A stretch of DNA of 63,945 bases, filler included, from Asterionella formosa (taxonomy: Eukaryota), in assembly GCA_002256025.1 (NCBI GenBank). It is 29 parts of 29 records of this genome, joined end to end, with 100 filler letters (N's around TTAATTAATTAA, not from the genome) between each part and the next. Parts side by side here need not be neighbours in the genome. Positions count along the whole stretch, not along the records: positions 61,845 to 63,945 come from NKIB01000429.1; 28 more parts are not named here. One strand, 5' to 3'. Shown here in pieces: positions 61,845 to 63,945 of the stretch (position 1 is its first letter; each line of letters opens with the position of its first letter). The notes under the pieces were generated by a model that worked only from the letters and a program-made list of their open reading frames with translations, was not told the DNA's origin and did no database searches. The position numbers were made by a program, and so were the translations under genes.

Positions 61845-63945
61845 TGCCGGCAGCGCGGGAGCGACCACGTGTTTCAGAGAGATAGGAAGCATTGCTTTCA
61901 ACATGGAGGACCATGTCACTGGCAGTAAAGCGAAGTGTGGCCTCAGGATGCGTGGCACAATAATTGAGAAGTTGAGTAATAGCAGTCAAGGTAGCCACAG
62001 TGGGGGTTGCTTGTTGTGTAGCCAATGTACCAAGGGCCGGCAACATAGTACAATCAATAGCACGGGCATAATACAATAAAGTACCAAGAATCTCTTGCAC
62101 ACGTGTTTTATCATGGAGGTCAAGGACAGGGGTGACATCAGAAACAACAAATTGCTGGCGAGCGCCATAACTAGGTGCAGTCCAGGCATGGGGGGCATGT
62201 TGTGGGTGTGTTGGAGTGGAGTGCGTGAAGCGTTGTAGAGCACGAACAATGTAACCAGGCATAGTGAGGTCAACTGTGCGATGTTCATAGTCCCACGTCA
62301 GTGTAAGGCCAATGTATCGAGAGCCAGTCCAATCAGTTGTGAGTCGGTATTTGGTACGTAAAGTGGTGAGGAGACGGTCCATGTCACTACGTTTGGTGTA
62401 ACGTACACCGAAATCATCAACAACAAGCGTAAACATGAGATCACTGGTGGTATCCATCCATAGGCCAGGGGTGACTGGGCAGGGGAGGTAATGATGTGGT
62501 AGCAAGAACTGAGCAAGTTGATCATTGGCAAGTTTACCAGCTTGAGGCAGCCCATACATGCCACGACGGATTTCGGCATAGATGTGCCCATCAATGATTT
62601 TTGGAGCTAGGTTGTAGAGGGTTTGAATGTGTGGGGGAATCATCCATATAGGGATGCGCACGTATTCATACTCGGCAGGTGCAAGATGACTTTCCAGATA
62701 AAAATCAGATAAATCCAGAGTCATGAAGCGGCCATTGGGGGTACTGATGGTGCTGTTGAACAAACATTTTGCAGTAGTGAGATCAGCAGTCTTGGTGCTG
62801 ACATTGCCAGTGTAAATGACACAATCACCCCCAGCGGTCCAATGAACGTGTTGGGGAATGGTTTTTTCAGGGCGATCGGTTTACACAATGCGGATGTAAG
62901 TGGCGCATTTGTGTGAGGGCATTTCATGCTTATGAATGACAAAACAGCAATTAGTACCCGTTGGCATGTCAGAATGGGGTCCCAAACCCTGAAATAACCG
63001 GCCAATTTCTAAGCCGTTGGCAGTGGCCCACAGGGGAGCAGTGCTGCAAGTCAATAATTCGCGATAGCCAGCAATTTTGCCATTGTCAGGGTTGATAGCG
63101 GTGCCATGGAAACAAAAATTAGTGGCCAGGGGAGTAGCACTGGTTGGAGGAGGGGCGGAGAGAGCACAGTTGGCAAGCAAAGATTGGGTGTGGGGTTGGC
63201 TGGCATGTGGTGCATCACGTGGTGTGTTTTTACAGCGACGACGGCTCTTGGGCACAGTGGTAGTGTCATAAGTGTCCGAAGGGGAAAGTGGTAGGGGACT
63301 GGGCAGCACAACAGCATCGCGATAAGTGCGAGGGGGTGCCGGAAGGATCAAGCTGCCACTGGTAGGAGGGGCCCTAGGAGTAGGGTTAGGGGTTGGGTTA
63401 GGGTTACCGGCGAGGTGAGGGTTAGGGTTTGGGGTAGGGTTAATAACACTCGGGGCGGTAGGGTTAGGGGTAGGGTTAGGGTTAAGCACCCTCAGTGGTT
63501 GGGCGGTGCCATCGAGGGCGGGAGAGACTGGGAAAGGTGTACAGGCATCAGGATCAGGGAGAAGGGGGATAGTGGATGCTGTGGTTGTACCGGGCACCCT
63601 CAGTGATGGAATGGGGTGATGCAGGAGGGGAGCAATGGGTAGTTGGGTGAGCTCAGGCGGTGAGAGAATTTCAAGGAGCTGCTGGAGAGCAGCTTTGTGG
63701 GTTGCAGTGAGTGGTGCAACGGGAGACCGAGTGGTGGGATGTAACAAGGCATAGGCAATGTCCTGCAAACTGGTTGTGATGAGGTCAGTGGATGAATTAC
63801 AGGGTAGGTGGACTTTGGTTGGAAACCACGAGACAGTATCGCAGATTCTGATTGAACGTGTGTCCCACATCCAGATGCGGTAGCAGCGATAGGAATCCAC
63901 AGCAGGGCCGACATACCAACCATCGAGAGCATGCGGAGCCCATGT
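61845..63945 (-). mobile_element. Copia-type pol fragment (post-integrase region, RT, start of RNase H), one in-frame TAA at 62881-62883
   Basis: DGWYVGPAVDSYRCY...DTVSWFP; IV*TDRPEK...WTAGGD...TADLTTAKCLFNSTIST...DLSDFYL...GMYGLPQAG...LVVDDFG...LLYYARAID...ESNASYLS. Confidence 0.92.
63381..63485 (+). repeat. Degenerate TTAGGG (telomere-like) repeats inside the Copia ORF
   Basis: Three short clusters (tagggttaggggttgggttagggtta etc.) read on the minus strand as NPNPTPNPT, NPTPNPNP and NPNPTPNPT. Confidence 0.85.

Overview
This is not a contiguous locus. It is 29 unrelated contigs of about 2.1 kb, roughly length-sorted and joined by an artificial 100-nt linker (44 N + TTAATTAATTAA + 44 N), so adjacency across linkers has no biological meaning. 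The DNA is eukaryotic and very probably a diatom: GT-AG introns are short (about 80-120 nt), 2-isopropylmalate synthase carries a signal peptide plus AFAP plastid motif, and the LRR genes and transposon families are diatom-type. Host genes: complete plastid-targeted leuA, a GT23/FUT8-like fucosyltransferase, a two-exon PH-like hypothetical protein, three LRR gene fragments, an FG-GAP propeller fragment, an ARM-repeat plus IRAK/Pelle-like kinase with a nonsense codon, and a Lys-rich, RXL-containing candidate cell-wall protein. Most of the rest is transposon DNA: Copia (3), Gypsy gag/LTR/integrase, Harbinger (2 families), Plavaka/CACTA-like, pogo, Tc1/IS630-like, a probable Crypton, and a complete non-autonomous hAT with an 8-bp TSD. 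Most notable: (1) three near-identical, GC-rich, intact non-LTR RT/zinc-finger copies whose 3' flank holds an out-of-order RT N-terminal motif and predicted RNA structures; (2) TTAGGG repeats read in frame inside a Copia polyprotein; (3) pervasive GGTACC/CCWGG palindromic arrays, with two ~155-bp Gypsy LTRs abutting CCWGG; (4) a Copia nested in that LTR with a possible tRNA-Ile anticodon-type PBS. All family calls rest on motif recognition by eye; no searches were run.
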